DNA of 64,000 bases from Chloroflexota bacterium (GTDB lineage Bacteria > Chloroflexota > UBA6077 > JACCZL01). Below the pieces are notes generated by a model. It saw only the letters and a list, made by a program, of their open reading frames with translations. It was not told the origin of the DNA and ran no database searches. A program made the translations under genes and the position numbers. The stretch is taken from positions 21,885-85,884 of the forward strand of contig JAUJPG010000022.1 of assembly GCA_030447245.1 (NCBI GenBank). The letters run 5' to 3'. Shown one piece after another: positions 40,009 to 50,929 of this stretch. How positions within the stretch are numbered: position 1 is the stretch's first letter; each line of letters opens with the position of its first letter.

Positions 40009-42760
40009 CTACGCGGGAGCGGGACCACGCTGCGCGTCCGACCACGATGAGCCTCCTCCGAGCGAGCGACCGCGGCCTGGCCGGCGCCGCATCCACTGGG
40101 CCCATCGTATGCCCCGGCGGTCATCTGCACAGGTACAGATCTGTACCAATGGGGTGCACCATTCCCGGCCGGGCTGGGCTGGCGGCCGGCGTGGCCGACA
40201 TCTTGACGGCACCCACGGCCTCCCGGCCGCGGGTCGCGAGCCGTTACCGGGCAGGGGCGGGGTGAGGCCGTGCTCGACGGCCCAGGCGGCGATCTGGGCG
40301 CGGGTGTTGAAGCCGAGCTTGGTCAGGACGCGGTGGACGTAGTTGGCCGCGGTCCCCTCGGTGACGACCAGCGCCTCGGCGAGCTGGCGGTTGTTCAGCC
40401 CGCCCGCGATCAACTCGGCCACCTGCCGCTCTCGGGTCGTGAGCAGCAGGGTTGGCGATGCGTTGGATTGATCGGGCTCGGGCGGGGGCAGCTCGTCGGA
40501 GGCGTCAGGGCGTACGCCATCGCCTCGGCGGCGGTCATGGCCGCCCCCTCGGCCCAGGCCCGGGCGCCAGCGTCGCGCCCCAGATTCGCCCTGGCTGTCG
40601 CCAGCCCGGGATCGAGCCGGGCCTGCCAGGCCTGATCCGGCGCCGCGCCGATAGCCTCCCGCAGCGCGGTCGCGGCGGCGGCCAGGCGCAGGGCCCGCTC
40701 GGGCTGCGCACGGGCGGCAGCCAGGACGGCGACGCCGGCCAGGCTGAAGGCGATCCGTCGACGGTCGCCCACCTCGGCAGCGGTCAGGAGGCACTCATGG
40801 TGGAGCGCCTCGGCGGCGGCGTGGTCCTGCTGCAGCAGGACCACGTCCCCCAGATTGCCGAGTGCCATCGCGAGGCTCTGGCGGTCTCCGAGCTCGCGGA
40901 AGATCCCGAGACTCTCTTCGTACCATCGGCGGGCCGCGGCAGGTCACCCTGGAGGAGGACGGCAGCCAGTCCCAGGTTGTGCAGCGCCAGGGCCACGCCT
41001 CGCATGTTGCCGCGCTCGCGCTGGAGGGCAAGGCTCTCCTCGTACCGCGAGCGCGCGGTTGCGTAGTCATTCTGGAGGTGCGCAACGAACCCCAGGCTCT
41101 GGAGCACGTCGGCCATGCCGGGCCGGTCGTCGAGGCCCTGAACGCGTCGGCTCTGCTGGCCGAGCGAGCGAGCCGCCGCGTAGTCGCCCTCGAGATAGGC
41201 CAGCCACGCGAGGTGGTGCAGAGCGCGTGCGACGCCCGGTTGAATCGTTCAGCTCGCGGGCGGCCGCCAGGGCCTCCTCGAGGAGGGCTCGCGCGGTGCG
41301 GTAGTCGCGGCTTGACGGACCAGGATGCGGTTCCGGCGAGAGCCCTGGCCCTGGACCAGCGTGGGCGGTCCGCTCCGTCCATGCGCAAGCAGGTCGACGA
41401 GCCCTCTCGAGCCTCCCGCGCCTGGCCGCGCACCAACCAGAACTGCCAGAGCGCCCCGCCCAGCCTCAGCCCCCGCTCGGGCTCGCCGCGCTCGGCGGAC
41501 CACTCGAGGACCGCGTGGAGATTAGCTCGCTCGGGCTCCAGCCCGGTCCAGCCACGCCGCCTGCTCGGGTCCCGGACAGCGCTGGCTCGGCCCGCTCGGC
41601 CAGGGCGACGAAATACTCGGCGTGGTGGTGCCGGACCTCCTCCAGCTCGCCGCGGGTCGAAGCTGCTCCAGCCCGAACTCACGGAGCGTCTCCAACAGGC
41701 GCAGCCGAGGCTCGCCGTCCGCCCGCTCCTCGCAACGCAGCAAGCTCTTCTCGACCAGCGAGTTGACCGTCTCCCAGGCGGCCTCACCCACCGCCTCGGC
41801 CGCCTCGAGCGTGCAGCCGCCGACGAACACCGCCAGCCGGGAACAGGGCCTGCTCCTCGGGGTCGAGCAGGTCGTAGCTCCAGGCGATCGCCGCGAGCAG
41901 CGTCTGCTGCCGCGGCGGCAGCGCCCCCGCGGCTAGCAGCCGCAACGGCGAGATCACCCGCCCGTCGCGCGCGCGGCGTGCCCCATCGTCGGTCCCGACC
42001 AGCCGCCGCAGCAGCGCCGCGGCGGAACAGCTTGACCCGCGCGCGGCGTAGCTCGATCGCCAGCGGCAAGCCGTCCAGGCGGATGCAGATCTCGGCCACC
42101 GCCGCGGCCTCCGCGTCGCCGAGGGCGGCCTCGGGCGCGACCGCCAGGGCCCGCTCGCGGAACAGCTGGACCGCCCGGCGCCGCGCCGAGCGCCTCGGGG
42201 TCCGTCGGCCATCGAGGTCGGGCGGCGCCAGCACGGGCAGCTCCAACGGCAGGACCGCGAGCTCCCGTTCCCAGCGCAGGTGCAGCGGGGCGCGACTGGT
42301 CACCACGACCTTCAGCTTCGGACAGGCCGCCAGCAGCCGGCCGACGACCTCGGCAGCGTCGAGCACCTGCTCGAAGTTGTCGAGCAGCAGCAGCAGCGGC
42401 CCGGTCGCGCAGGAAGTCTGTCCAGCACCTCGGCGGCGCCGCCGGGACGTCCTGCAGGCCGAGCGCGCGCGCGATCGCGGTCGCGACCAGGCGCGCGTCG
42501 CCGATCGGCGCCAGGTCGACAAACCAGGCCCCAGCCTCGAACTCCTCGCACATCGGCCGCCAGCTCGACCGCCAGCGCGTCTTGCCGACCCCGGGCGGCC
42601 CGGTCAGGGTGAGCAGCCGCACGTCGGCGCGCAACAGCCGCTGGCGGGCCACGCCCAGCTCCCGCTCGCGCCCGATCAGCGACCTGGGCTGGGGCGGCAG
42701 GTTGTGGCGCCGCGGCGGACCGGCCGGCGGGCCGGCGTTGCCGAGTGGCCGCGCCCTGTC
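40009..42760 (-). pseudogene. large LAL-type regulator (P-loop NB-ARC ATPase + TPR + C-terminal LuxR HTH) broken by at least four frameshifts
   Basis: P-loop LIGRERELGVARQRLLRADVRLLTLTGPPGVGKTR, NB-ARC LLLLDNFEQVLDAAEVVGRLLAACPKLKVVVTSRAPL, ...LFPAGGV/FVGGCTLEAAEAV..., TPR repeats, ...AAEAMAYAL, and the HTH LLLTTRERQVAELIAGGLNNRQLAEALVVTEGTAANYVHRVLTKLGFNTRAQIAAW are distributed over ORFs 41954-43201, 42312-43121, 40795-42522, 41784-42212, 41522-41830, 40784-41116, 40410-40868 and 40009-40794. Confidence 0.55.
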
Positions 42761-43315
42761 TTGCGCCCGCGGGCGACCGGACGAGAGGACCGGGGTCGCG
42801 GCCGCGCGGGCCGGCCTGCCGCGGGCTTGATGAGGCCGGCGCGTGGATCGGGGCGCGCTCTCCTCGGACACGGTCGGCTCGCTCCCCCAGGCGCACGCGC
42901 GAGACGGACGACGACGGCCCGCCAGCCCGCGCCTGGGTTGCCGGTGCCCGGCCGGCCGCAACGCCTCCCGAATCGTACACCAATCGGCCCCTGCCGCCGG
43001 CCGCGCGACGAGGGCGAGCCTGTCCGCTCGCGATTGCTGCTCGCGCCGACCTCGGCGCGGCTCGACCAGGATGGCGGAGCTCGAGGGGGCCACCCACGTA
43101 TGAGCAGGCACGTTCGTGCACGCGTGATTACGTCTCGCCTCCTGGTCGCCAGCTCCGGAACAGGTCCGGCGATGCGCGAGTTGCGCAGCACCTTCGGACA
43201 CCCTGCTGTGCCGGGCCGGCCGCCCCTGCTACAGGCCCGGCATCCAGGGCCTGCCGCGCAGGCGGAGGATCAGGATCGACGGGGGCGGGGCTATAATGGC
43301 GGTGCGAGGTCCGAG

Positions 43316-43876
43316 ATGGCGGTCCAGCTCACGCGCTACCGATTCACGGCCGACGAGTACGAGGCGATGGGCCGCGCCGGGATCCTCGGCGAGGACGACC
43401 GGGTCGAGCTGATCGAAGGGGAGATCGTCGAGATGGCGCCGATCGGCCCCGGGCACGCGCGCTCGGTCAACGACTTCACTGAGCGCTTCGTGGTCCACTT
43501 CCGCGACGTCGCCATCGTCTCGCCGCAGAACTCGATTCGGCTCGGCCGGTACAGCGAGCCCCAGCCCGACCTGGTGCTGCTGCGTCGGCGGGCCGATCGG
43601 TACGGCAATGCCCTGCCGTCGGCGGAGGATGTGCTGCTGGTGGTCGAGGTGTCGGACACGACGGTCGCGGCCGATCGCGGTGTCAAGGTGCCGCTCTACG
43701 GGCGCGCTGGCATCCCGGAAACCTGGGTGGCCGACCTCCCGCACGACGTGCTGCACGTGTATCGGGAGCCGGTGGACGACGGGTACCGGGTCGTCCAGAC
43801 GCTCCGGCGTGGCGACCGCGTCGCGCCGCTGGCGTTCCCGGATCGCGAGCTGGAGGTCGCCGAGCTGCTGGGCTGA
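43316..43876 (+). CDS. Uma2-family (DUF820) putative endonuclease
   Basis: MAVQLTRYRFTADEYEAMGRAGILGEDDRVELIEGEIVEMAPIG...PQPDLVLL...VLLVVEVSDTT...DRGVKVPLYGRAGIPETWVADL matches the Uma2 family; it is the C-terminal 187 codons of a 1004-aa ORF that is otherwise antisense to the regulator pseudogene. Confidence 0.75.
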   Translation: MAVQLTRYRFTADEYEAMGRAGILGEDDRVELIEGEIVEMAPIGPGHARSVNDFTERFVVHFRDVAIVSPQNSIRLGRYSEPQPDLVLLRRRADRYGNALPSAEDVLLVVEVSDTTVAADRGVKVPLYGRAGIPETWVADLPHDVLHVYREPVDDGYRVVQTLRRGDRVAPLAFPDRELEVAELLG

Positions 43877-43929
43877 GCGCCGTCTGGACGTTCCACCTCG
43901 GGTGGAGCAGCGCTTCCTTCGGCCCGGGG

Positions 43930-44736
43930 CTAGACGAGCCCCTGCGCCCGGGCGCTCTCAGTCAGGAACGGGATGAGTGCCGCGTTGAACCGATCGGGCG
44001 CCTCCATGTTGGACAGGTGGCCGACGCCTTCGAGGGTCACCAAGCGGGCGCCCGGGACGCGCTCGGCAAGCAGGCGCGACTCGGACGGCGGAGTCGACAC
44101 GTCCTCAGCGCCCACGACGACGAGCGTCGGCACGCCGATGCTCTCGAGGGTTGAGGTCATGTCGTCGCGCGCAGCCAGTCCGGCCAGGGCCGCCGCGATC
44201 GACGTGGGCCGGTTCGCTCGGACCATCGCTCGGTAACGCTCCACCACGCCTGACCGCTCCACCACGGTGGACGGCGCCACCATCCTGGGCACCTGCATCT
44301 CGACAAACTGCTCGGTGCCGCCGGCGAGCACCAGCTGGGCCTGCTCCTGACGCACCTGCCGGACCTCCTCGGCGTCGGCCGGGGCCCTGGTATCAGCCAG
44401 CACGATCGCCCACACACGTTCCGGGTGTCGCGCAATCAGGTTCAGGATGACGTAGCCGCCCATGGAAAGCCCGACCAGCGCCGCTCGCTCGACGCCCAGA
44501 CGATCGATCAGCGCGACGAGGTCGGCGACGTAGTCGTCCATGGTGAACGGTCCGTCTGACGCCGGGCTGCTGCCGTGCCCCCGCAGGTCAGGCACGATGG
44601 TGCGGAATCGCTCGGCGAGCGGCTCGACCTGGTCGTCCCACATGGCGCGGGTGAGCGGGAACCCGTGGAGCAGGAGCACTGCTGGCCCGCTACCACGCTC
44701 GGTGTAGTCCAGGAGCCTCGGTGGAGTGTGGGTCAT
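43930..44736 (-). CDS. alpha/beta-fold hydrolase
   Basis: LLLHGFPLTRAMW...VGLSMGGYV...GHLSNMEAPDRFN has the nucleophile-elbow GxSxG and the catalytic His region. Confidence 0.8.
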   Translation of the reverse strand: MTHTPPRLLDYTERGSGPAVLLLHGFPLTRAMWDDQVEPLAERFRTIVPDLRGHGSSPASDGPFTMDDYVADLVALIDRLGVERAALVGLSMGGYVILNLIARHPERVWAIVLADTRAPADAEEVRQVRQEQAQLVLAGGTEQFVEMQVPRMVAPSTVVERSGVVERYRAMVRANRPTSIAAALAGLAARDDMTSTLESIGVPTLVVVGAEDVSTPPSESRLLAERVPGARLVTLEGVGHLSNMEAPDRFNAALIPFLTESARAQGLV

Positions 44737-44901
44737 GGTGAAAGGATACGCCAAGACGCCGAACCAGGGCGGCATCACGCCCAGTAGCTGCCAGGCGCCG
44801 GTGGCGTCGGTCGCGGCGCAGGTGAAGCGACCGACCGATCGGCTGGGCCGTCTACAATCGCTGGGTGCGAGTTGCCGGCGGGTGCGGGCGGGGGGGCGGT
44901 A

Positions 44902-45756
44902 GTGACGGCGAAACGGGTGCGGTTCGGGATCAAGACGGCGCAGATGGGTGGCCGCTACGCGGAGATGCGGGCGGCGTGGCTGGAGGCCGACCGGCTGGGC
45001 TTCGACACGGCCTGGGCGCACGACCACCTGCTGAACCAGAACGACATCTCGGCGCCCGAGGACGAGGGCTGGATCGCGCTGGCGGCGCTGCTGGCGCAGA
45101 CCGAGCGGATCCGCGGCGGGCTGATGGTCAGCTCGAACACCTTCCGTCACCCGAGCCTGCTGGCGAAGATGGCTGCCACGGCCGACGTGGTCTCCGGCGG
45201 GCGACTGGAGGTGGGCATCGGGGCGGGCTGGTTCGAGGACGAGCACGCTCAGTACGGCATCCCGCTGCCGCCGGTCGGCGAGCGGATCAGGCGGCTGGAC
45301 GAAGCCTGCCAGATCATGAAGGCGCTCTGGACAGAGCCGCGAGCGACGGTTGTCGGCGATTACTACCAGGTGCGCGAGGCGTACCACGAGCCAAAGCCGG
45401 TCCAGTCGCCGCACCCGCCCATCGTGATCGGCGGCAGCGGGGAGAAGCTGACGCTGCGAGTCGTCGCGCGACACGCGAACGAGTGGAACATGTCCAAGGG
45501 CACGCCTGAGGAGTTCCGCCACAAGTGCCAGGTGCTAGACGAGCACTGCCAGGCGGTGGGGCGCGCTCCAGGGGAGATCGAGCGCTCGATCCAGTTTCCG
45601 CCGCCGGACATGGCCGACGCCGCGGGCCTGGCCGGTCGGGCTCGTGAGTTCGTCGCGGCGGGAGCCACCCACGTGATCTTCACCTGCCCGCAACCGTACA
45701 GCGCGGAGGGGGCACGCTGGCTGTGGGACGAAGTGGTGGGGCAGGTCCAGACGTAG
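44902..45756 (+). CDS. LLM-class F420-dependent oxidoreductase (luciferase-like monooxygenase family)
   Basis: FGIKTAQMGGRYAEMRAAWLEADRLGFDTAWAHDHL...GRLEVGIGAGWFEDEH...SPHPPIVIGGSGEK; GTG start at 44902. Confidence 0.8.
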   Translation: MTAKRVRFGIKTAQMGGRYAEMRAAWLEADRLGFDTAWAHDHLLNQNDISAPEDEGWIALAALLAQTERIRGGLMVSSNTFRHPSLLAKMAATADVVSGGRLEVGIGAGWFEDEHAQYGIPLPPVGERIRRLDEACQIMKALWTEPRATVVGDYYQVREAYHEPKPVQSPHPPIVIGGSGEKLTLRVVARHANEWNMSKGTPEEFRHKCQVLDEHCQAVGRAPGEIERSIQFPPPDMADAAGLAGRAREFVAAGATHVIFTCPQPYSAEGARWLWDEVVGQVQT

Positions 45757-45777
45757 CGGCGTCGGCCGACCTTGTCC

Positions 45778-46671
45778 TCAGGTCTGCAACGGGAGCACCT
45801 GGGCGGCGAGATCCTCGAGCTCCTCGGTCCACGAGGCTGGCTCTTCGGCAGGCCGGATCACGAATTTGGAGACGCCCGCGTCGACGAAGCGCTCGAGGGT
45901 TGCTCGGGCGGCGCGCGGCCCGACCGGGACGAGCGCGGACGGGTCGAGCCCCGGCCGGCGCGCCGCGATGGTCCGAACGAGGGACGACGGAATCTCACCG
46001 CGGGCGTAGACGATGCTGGCGCCCCAGTGTTCTGGGTCCATCATCCGCCCCGCCTCCGCCGCCGCCTGTTCGACGACCACCCGGCCGGCGGCCGCTTCGG
46101 AGGGCGTGCACAGGCTGGGGAGCCAGCCGTCGCCGAGGCGGCCGGCGCGCCGTAGCTCGGAAGGCGCAAGGCCGCCGAGCCAGACTTCGAGCGGTGACTG
46201 GATCGGCCGGGGGCGTATCGTGAGGTCGCGGTACGAGAAGCGCGGCCCGCTGTGGTCGACGTGATCCTCGGCCCAGAGACGGCGGATCAGGGGCAGCGCC
46301 TCCTCGAACCAGGGGCCGCGCTCGGCCCGGCCAACGCTAAAGGCGCCGTGTTCTGATGGGTCGGCGATGCCGAGCCCGACGGCGAGCAGCAGCCGGCCAC
46401 CCGAGAGGCGGTCCAGGCTGGCCAGCTCTTTGGCCACGATCGCCGGGTTGCGCCCGGGGAGCACCAGCACACTGGTGCCGAGCTTGAGCTTGCGGGTGTG
46501 ACCGGCCACGAACGCCAGAGCCACGATCGGGTCGAGGGTTGCACCGGTCAGCCGCTCGGACAGCCACAACGAGTCGAAACGGAGCCGCTCGAGATCGGCG
46601 GCCAGCCCGGACAAGGTTCCCTCGTCGCGAAGGCCCTGGATGCCCAGGCCGAGGCCGATGCGGACCTTCAC
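45778..46671 (-). CDS. LLM-class F420-dependent oxidoreductase
   Basis: VKVRIGLGLG...FDSLWLSERL...GRLLLAVGLG...SPLEVWLGG matches luciferase-like family blocks; GTG start. Confidence 0.75.
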   Translation of the reverse strand: MKVRIGLGLGIQGLRDEGTLSGLAADLERLRFDSLWLSERLTGATLDPIVALAFVAGHTRKLKLGTSVLVLPGRNPAIVAKELASLDRLSGGRLLLAVGLGIADPSEHGAFSVGRAERGPWFEEALPLIRRLWAEDHVDHSGPRFSYRDLTIRPRPIQSPLEVWLGGLAPSELRRAGRLGDGWLPSLCTPSEAAAGRVVVEQAAAEAGRMMDPEHWGASIVYARGEIPSSLVRTIAARRPGLDPSALVPVGPRAARATLERFVDAGVSKFVIRPAEEPASWTEELEDLAAQVLPLQT

Positions 46672-46800
46672 CCGGAGTATGCCCGGCCGCGGTCTCGGCG
46701 AGGATGACGGCCCCGGCACGCTTCCATTCTTGCGGATCGCCGGAGACGTGTCACGGTCATGTCGAGTGTCTCAGCGGGCGGCCGGGGCGATGGCCACGGG

Positions 46801-47835
46801 TCATGCCGTTCGGGTCGCGGCCTGAGCCTGGGCGGTCAGGTCGAACGCAGCGGCAAGAAGCTCGTAGGAGCGTACGCGCGCCGCGAAGTCGTGGGTAATC
46901 GTGACGACGACGTACTCGTCGACGCCGTACTCGGCGCCTAGGGCGGTCAGGCGGTCGCGGACTTGCTCGGGGGTGCCGACGATCGAGCGGTCAGCGCTGT
47001 GCTCGACGATCGCCTGCTCGTGGGGGGTGAAATGATGCGATTCGACCTCCTCAACGGAGGGGTACGGGCCGGGGTTGCCGGTGTAGAGTCGGGCGATGAA
47101 CAGGGCGCGGCTCTTGGCCAGGCGGCGGGCGTCTTCTTCAGTGTCGGCGCAGATCACGAAGACGCCGATGCTAGCTCGTGGCTCCGGCAGCCAGGGTGAC
47201 GGTCGGAAGTGACGTCGGTACGCTTCGACGACCTGGGGACCTCCGTGGGTGTTGATGAAATGGGCGAACGAGAAGGCAGTGCCGAAGTGGGCGGCGTAGG
47301 CGGCGCTCTCGTCGCTGGAGCCGAGCAGCCACAGCTCGGGCGCGGTCGACCCGGTCGGCATGGCGTGAACGCCGGCGAAGGGGTGGAAGGGGTCGAGGTC
47401 GTCATGGAGGAAGCCGACGAGGTCGGCGATCTGACTCGGAAAGTGCTCGATGCCGAGCGCGCCGGGGCCGTGGGCCAGCGCCCGGGCGGTCCTGGAATCG
47501 CTGCCCGGGGCGCGCCCGATGCCGAGGTCGATGCGACCGGGGTACAGCGTCTCGAGGACCCGGAAGTTTTCGGCCACCTTGAGCGGGCTGTAGTGAGACA
47601 GCATGACGCCGCCGGAGCCGACGCGGAGGCGCTCGGTGCGCGCGGCAACCTGGCCGATCAGGACTTCCGGGCTGGAGCCGGCCAACCCGCCGCTGGAGTG
47701 GTGCTCGGCCAGCCAGTAGCGGTGGTAGCCGAGTCGATCGGCGACCTCCGCCAACCGAAGCGTCTCGCGGAGCGCGTCGGCGCCGGTGCCGCCGCTGCGG
47801 ATCGGCGACTGGTCGAGGACGCTCAGGAGGGCCAC
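46801..47835 (-). CDS. LLM-class flavin-dependent oxidoreductase
   Basis: MALLSVLDQSPIRSGGTGADALRETLRLAEVADRLGYHRYWLAEHH...GRIDLGIGRAPGSD matches the luciferase-like monooxygenase family. Confidence 0.8.
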   Translation of the reverse strand: MALLSVLDQSPIRSGGTGADALRETLRLAEVADRLGYHRYWLAEHHSSGGLAGSSPEVLIGQVAARTERLRVGSGGVMLSHYSPLKVAENFRVLETLYPGRIDLGIGRAPGSDSRTARALAHGPGALGIEHFPSQIADLVGFLHDDLDPFHPFAGVHAMPTGSTAPELWLLGSSDESAAYAAHFGTAFSFAHFINTHGGPQVVEAYRRHFRPSPWLPEPRASIGVFVICADTEEDARRLAKSRALFIARLYTGNPGPYPSVEEVESHHFTPHEQAIVEHSADRSIVGTPEQVRDRLTALGAEYGVDEYVVVTITHDFAARVRSYELLAAAFDLTAQAQAATRTA

Positions 47836-47952
47836 GCAGATAATTCTAGGCGAACGGCAAAAGGCACCGGCGAAATGGGACGCTCCGACTCCTCAGGACT
47901 GAGGCTCGGCCCAGGGCCAGCACGGCGTGCGGGACGAACCTGGGAGGGGACG

Positions 47953-48873
47953 TCATGGGGGAGCGGAGACGACGCACGCGGCGTCCGCTCGGGGGGCGTC
48001 GAAACGCTCCGGGTGGATGATCCCGGCCAGGATCTCCAGGCCATCGACCAGGCGTGGGCCGGGGCGATTGAAGTAGGCCGAGCCGTCGACAGCCCAGACG
48101 CGGCCGTCCCGCACGGCTGGAAGCGTCGACCACTCCGCCGGGAACGCGGTGACCGCGAACTCGGCGCGAGTCTTCTCCAGGTCAAAGCCGCAGGGCATGA
48201 CGACCACGACCTCGGGGGCGAAGCGGGCGATCTCCCGCCAATCGGTGCGGCGGGACGGCTGGCCGCTGCCGCCCAGCGCGTCGTAGCCGCCAGCCATCCC
48301 GACCATCTCGGGCACCCAATGGCCGGCCGTCCAGGGCGGATCGAGCCATTCCAGGCAGAATACCCGTGGGATCGGAAGCAGGCCGGCCGTCTGGAGGGTG
48401 ATCCGGTCGATCCGGGCGCGCAGCTCGGCGATGACGACGCGCGCGCGGGCCTGGCTCCCGGTGGCGTCGCCGACTGTCTTGACGTTGCTCAGCACGTCCC
48501 CGACACTTGTGGGGTCGAGGGAGTACACCCGCGGCCTGGTCGGCAGGCTCGGTACGGCGCGGCGGACGACGCCATGCGGGACGGCGCAGACGTCGCATAA
48601 ACCCTGGGTGAAGATCAGATCGGGCCGCAGCTCGGCGAGCCGCTCGACGTCCAGGTGGTAGACGCCCTCGCCAACCACCTGCTGGGCGGCGACCTGCGCG
48701 TCGATCTCTGCGCTGGTCAGCGTCGTGGCGGTCAGCGTGCTCGACGTGACGGTCGGCTTCTTCCGCGCTGGGGGCGGATAGTCGCAGGCATGGGTCACCC
48801 CGACCAGGTCGTCGCCGAGCCCGAGGGCGTAGACGATCTCGGTAGCGCTTGGCACGAGCGAGACGATCCGCAT
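47953..48873 (-). CDS. periplasmic-binding-protein fold protein (cobalamin/Fe-siderophore-type, BtuF-like); no obvious signal peptide
   Basis: MRIVSLVPSATEIVYALGLGDDLVGVTHACDYP...DLIFTQGLCDVC matches the class-III PBP / BtuF-like pattern. Confidence 0.7.
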   Translation of the reverse strand: MRIVSLVPSATEIVYALGLGDDLVGVTHACDYPPPARKKPTVTSSTLTATTLTSAEIDAQVAAQQVVGEGVYHLDVERLAELRPDLIFTQGLCDVCAVPHGVVRRAVPSLPTRPRVYSLDPTSVGDVLSNVKTVGDATGSQARARVVIAELRARIDRITLQTAGLLPIPRVFCLEWLDPPWTAGHWVPEMVGMAGGYDALGGSGQPSRRTDWREIARFAPEVVVVMPCGFDLEKTRAEFAVTAFPAEWSTLPAVRDGRVWAVDGSAYFNRPGPRLVDGLEILAGIIHPERFDAPRADAACVVSAPP

Positions 48874-48981
48874 CGGATCTCCTAGCTAGAGGGGCAGCCT
48901 TCTATGCCCTCCTACTAGCGGCGGCGGCCGGGAAGCGCCGCCTCACCGGCTCCCCCGGGGGCGGCCCCGGTCCGATGGCAG

Positions 48982-49599
48982 CTACCAGCCGCGGGCGATC
49001 CACTCGTCGAGGTGAGGCTTCTCCTGGCCAATTGTGGTGCCGGTGCCGTGGCCGGGGTGGACGACGGTGTCATCCGGCAAGGTGAAGAGCTTGTCGCGGA
49101 GGCTCTTGACGATGGTGGGGAAGTCGCCGGTGCTCGTCTTGGTGTTGCCGGGGCCGCCCGGGAAGAGCGTGTCGCCGCTGAAGAGCAGGTTGCCGACGAG
49201 GAAGCAGGTGCTACCGGGGGTGTGGCCTGGGGTGTGAATGGCCCGCATGGTGACCGGGCCGAACCGAAGCTCCTGGCCATCGGCGATCGTGAACTCGGGC
49301 GGCGACTTGAGCATCTGCCTGTCGCCCTCGCCAATGCCGGCTGGCGCCTTGATCCGCGCCTTGAGGGCGTCCAGCTCGTCGTGGTGATCGTGGTGGCCGT
49401 GCGTGATCAGGATGCCCTTGACCTGGGTATCCTTGACGGCCTCGGCGATCGTGTCAGGCTCCCAGCCGGCGTCGATGACGTAGCCCTCGCGCGTGTCAGG
49501 ATCGCGGACGGCGTACACGACGTTCTCGAAGGTGCCGACGGGCAAGGCGCAGAGCTCGAACTCCGCGCCCCCGCCACGCACGCGCTGCCACTCTGCCAC
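48982..49599 (-). CDS. MBL-fold metallo-hydrolase
   Basis: ILITHGHHDHHDELDAL...IHTPGHTPGSTCF...HPGHG matches the beta-lactamase-fold HxHxDH motifs. Confidence 0.8.
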   Translation of the reverse strand: MAEWQRVRGGGAEFELCALPVGTFENVVYAVRDPDTREGYVIDAGWEPDTIAEAVKDTQVKGILITHGHHDHHDELDALKARIKAPAGIGEGDRQMLKSPPEFTIADGQELRFGPVTMRAIHTPGHTPGSTCFLVGNLLFSGDTLFPGGPGNTKTSTGDFPTIVKSLRDKLFTLPDDTVVHPGHGTGTTIGQEKPHLDEWIARGW

Positions 49600-49792
49600 G
49601 GTAAATCCTCCGCTCTAGTTAGGCGGCCGCTACGCCAGCACGCCGCTGGGGAGTTGTAGCGCGTCCGGCCCCGCGCCGTGTAGGGACGGATGACCGCGGT
49701 GATCCCACGTCCGCCCGAGCGGCTAGAAGGGCCCTGACATGGCCCCGGCCCGACAACGCTCATCGCCCGGCGCCGGCGTGGGCGGGGTCGGG

Positions 49793-50929
49793 CTAGCCGT
49801 ACAGGGTGAGGCGCTCTTCTCGGAGGGCGCCGTTCGTCACCTTCTTGATCGCCGCGAGCGGGCCCTCGTCCCATTCGGCGACGAAGGTGATCGCCTTGCC
49901 CTCACGACCCATCCGCGCCGTTCGGCCGATGCGGTGGATGTACGACTCGCTTTCCTCCGGGATGTCGTAGTTGATGACGTGGCTGACGTCCGGGATATCG
50001 AGCCCGCGCGCCGCCACGTTGGTCGCCACGAGCAGCGGCAGCGTGCCGGCCCGGAAATCGGCGATCACCCGCTCCCGATGCTGCTGGCTCATGCTGCCGT
50101 GCACCGCCTCGACGGTGAAGCCGCGCGCGCCAAGGAAGCGAAGCAGCTTGTCGACGGCCATCTGGGTCCGACAGAACACGATCGCCCGCTCAGGCTGCTG
50201 CTGCTCCAGAATCAGCGCCAGGCCGGCCGGCTTGTCTCGCTGGGCGACCTCGTAGTAGACCTGGTCCACCTCGGCAACGGTCCGAATCTCGGGCCTGACC
50301 TCGACCGCGACCGGATTGCGCATGTGTCGGCGAGAGATGATCCGCACCACGGTTGGCATGGTGGCCGAGAATAGCGCCGTCTGGCGCGCCCTCGGCGTGC
50401 GGCGGAGAATCTTCTCGACGTCCGGCATGAAGCCCATGTCGAGCATCCGGTCGGCCTCGTCCAGGATGAGGTAGCGGACGTTCCCGAGCTGCATGGTGCC
50501 GCGGGCCAGGTGATCGAGGATCCGGCCGGGGGTCCCGACAACGATCTGGGCGCCGTTCTTCAGGTCCAGGAGCTGGCGCGCCATCGGCGCCCCGCCGTAG
50601 ACGGTCGCGATGCCGAGCTTGCGGTAGGTGCCGAGCCGGCCAAGCTCTTCGGAGATCTGGCTGGCCAGCTCACGGGTCGGGGCGAGCACGAGGGCCTGGA
50701 CGAAGGGTCGCTCGGGATCGATCAACTCGATCAGCGGGACACCGAACGCGGCGGTCTTGCCGGTCCCGGTCTGAGCCTGGCCGATCACATCGCGGCCGGC
50801 CAGTAGGAGCGGGATCGCCCGAGCCTGGATCTCGGTCGGCTCGTGATAGCCGATCTCGTCGAGCGCCCGCGCAACTTCCGGGCTGAGCTCCAGGTCGCCA
50901 AAAAAGGGCGTCACTGCCTCGGACGCCAT
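49793..50929 (-). CDS. DEAD-box ATP-dependent RNA helicase
   Basis: Q-motif, AQTGTGKT, PTRELA, DEAD, SAT, HGSMSQQHRERV, ARGLD, HRIGRTAR all present; followed upstream by an approximately 330-nt lower-GC leader. Confidence 0.85.
   Translation of the reverse strand: MASEAVTPFFGDLELSPEVARALDEIGYHEPTEIQARAIPLLLAGRDVIGQAQTGTGKTAAFGVPLIELIDPERPFVQALVLAPTRELASQISEELGRLGTYRKLGIATVYGGAPMARQLLDLKNGAQIVVGTPGRILDHLARGTMQLGNVRYLILDEADRMLDMGFMPDVEKILRRTPRARQTALFSATMPTVVRIISRRHMRNPVAVEVRPEIRTVAEVDQVYYEVAQRDKPAGLALILEQQQPERAIVFCRTQMAVDKLLRFLGARGFTVEAVHGSMSQQHRERVIADFRAGTLPLLVATNVAARGLDIPDVSHVINYDIPEESESYIHRIGRTARMGREGKAITFVAEWDEGPLAAIKKVTNGALREERLTLYG

Noticed and set aside
40862-43315. 1004-aa plus-strand ORF (40862-43876), the longest ORF on that strand
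   Set aside because: Only the last 187 codons (Uma2 endonuclease, 43316-43876) look like protein. The upstream 800 codons are Arg/Pro/Ala-rich antisense of the LAL regulator pseudogene, a typical high-GC artefact
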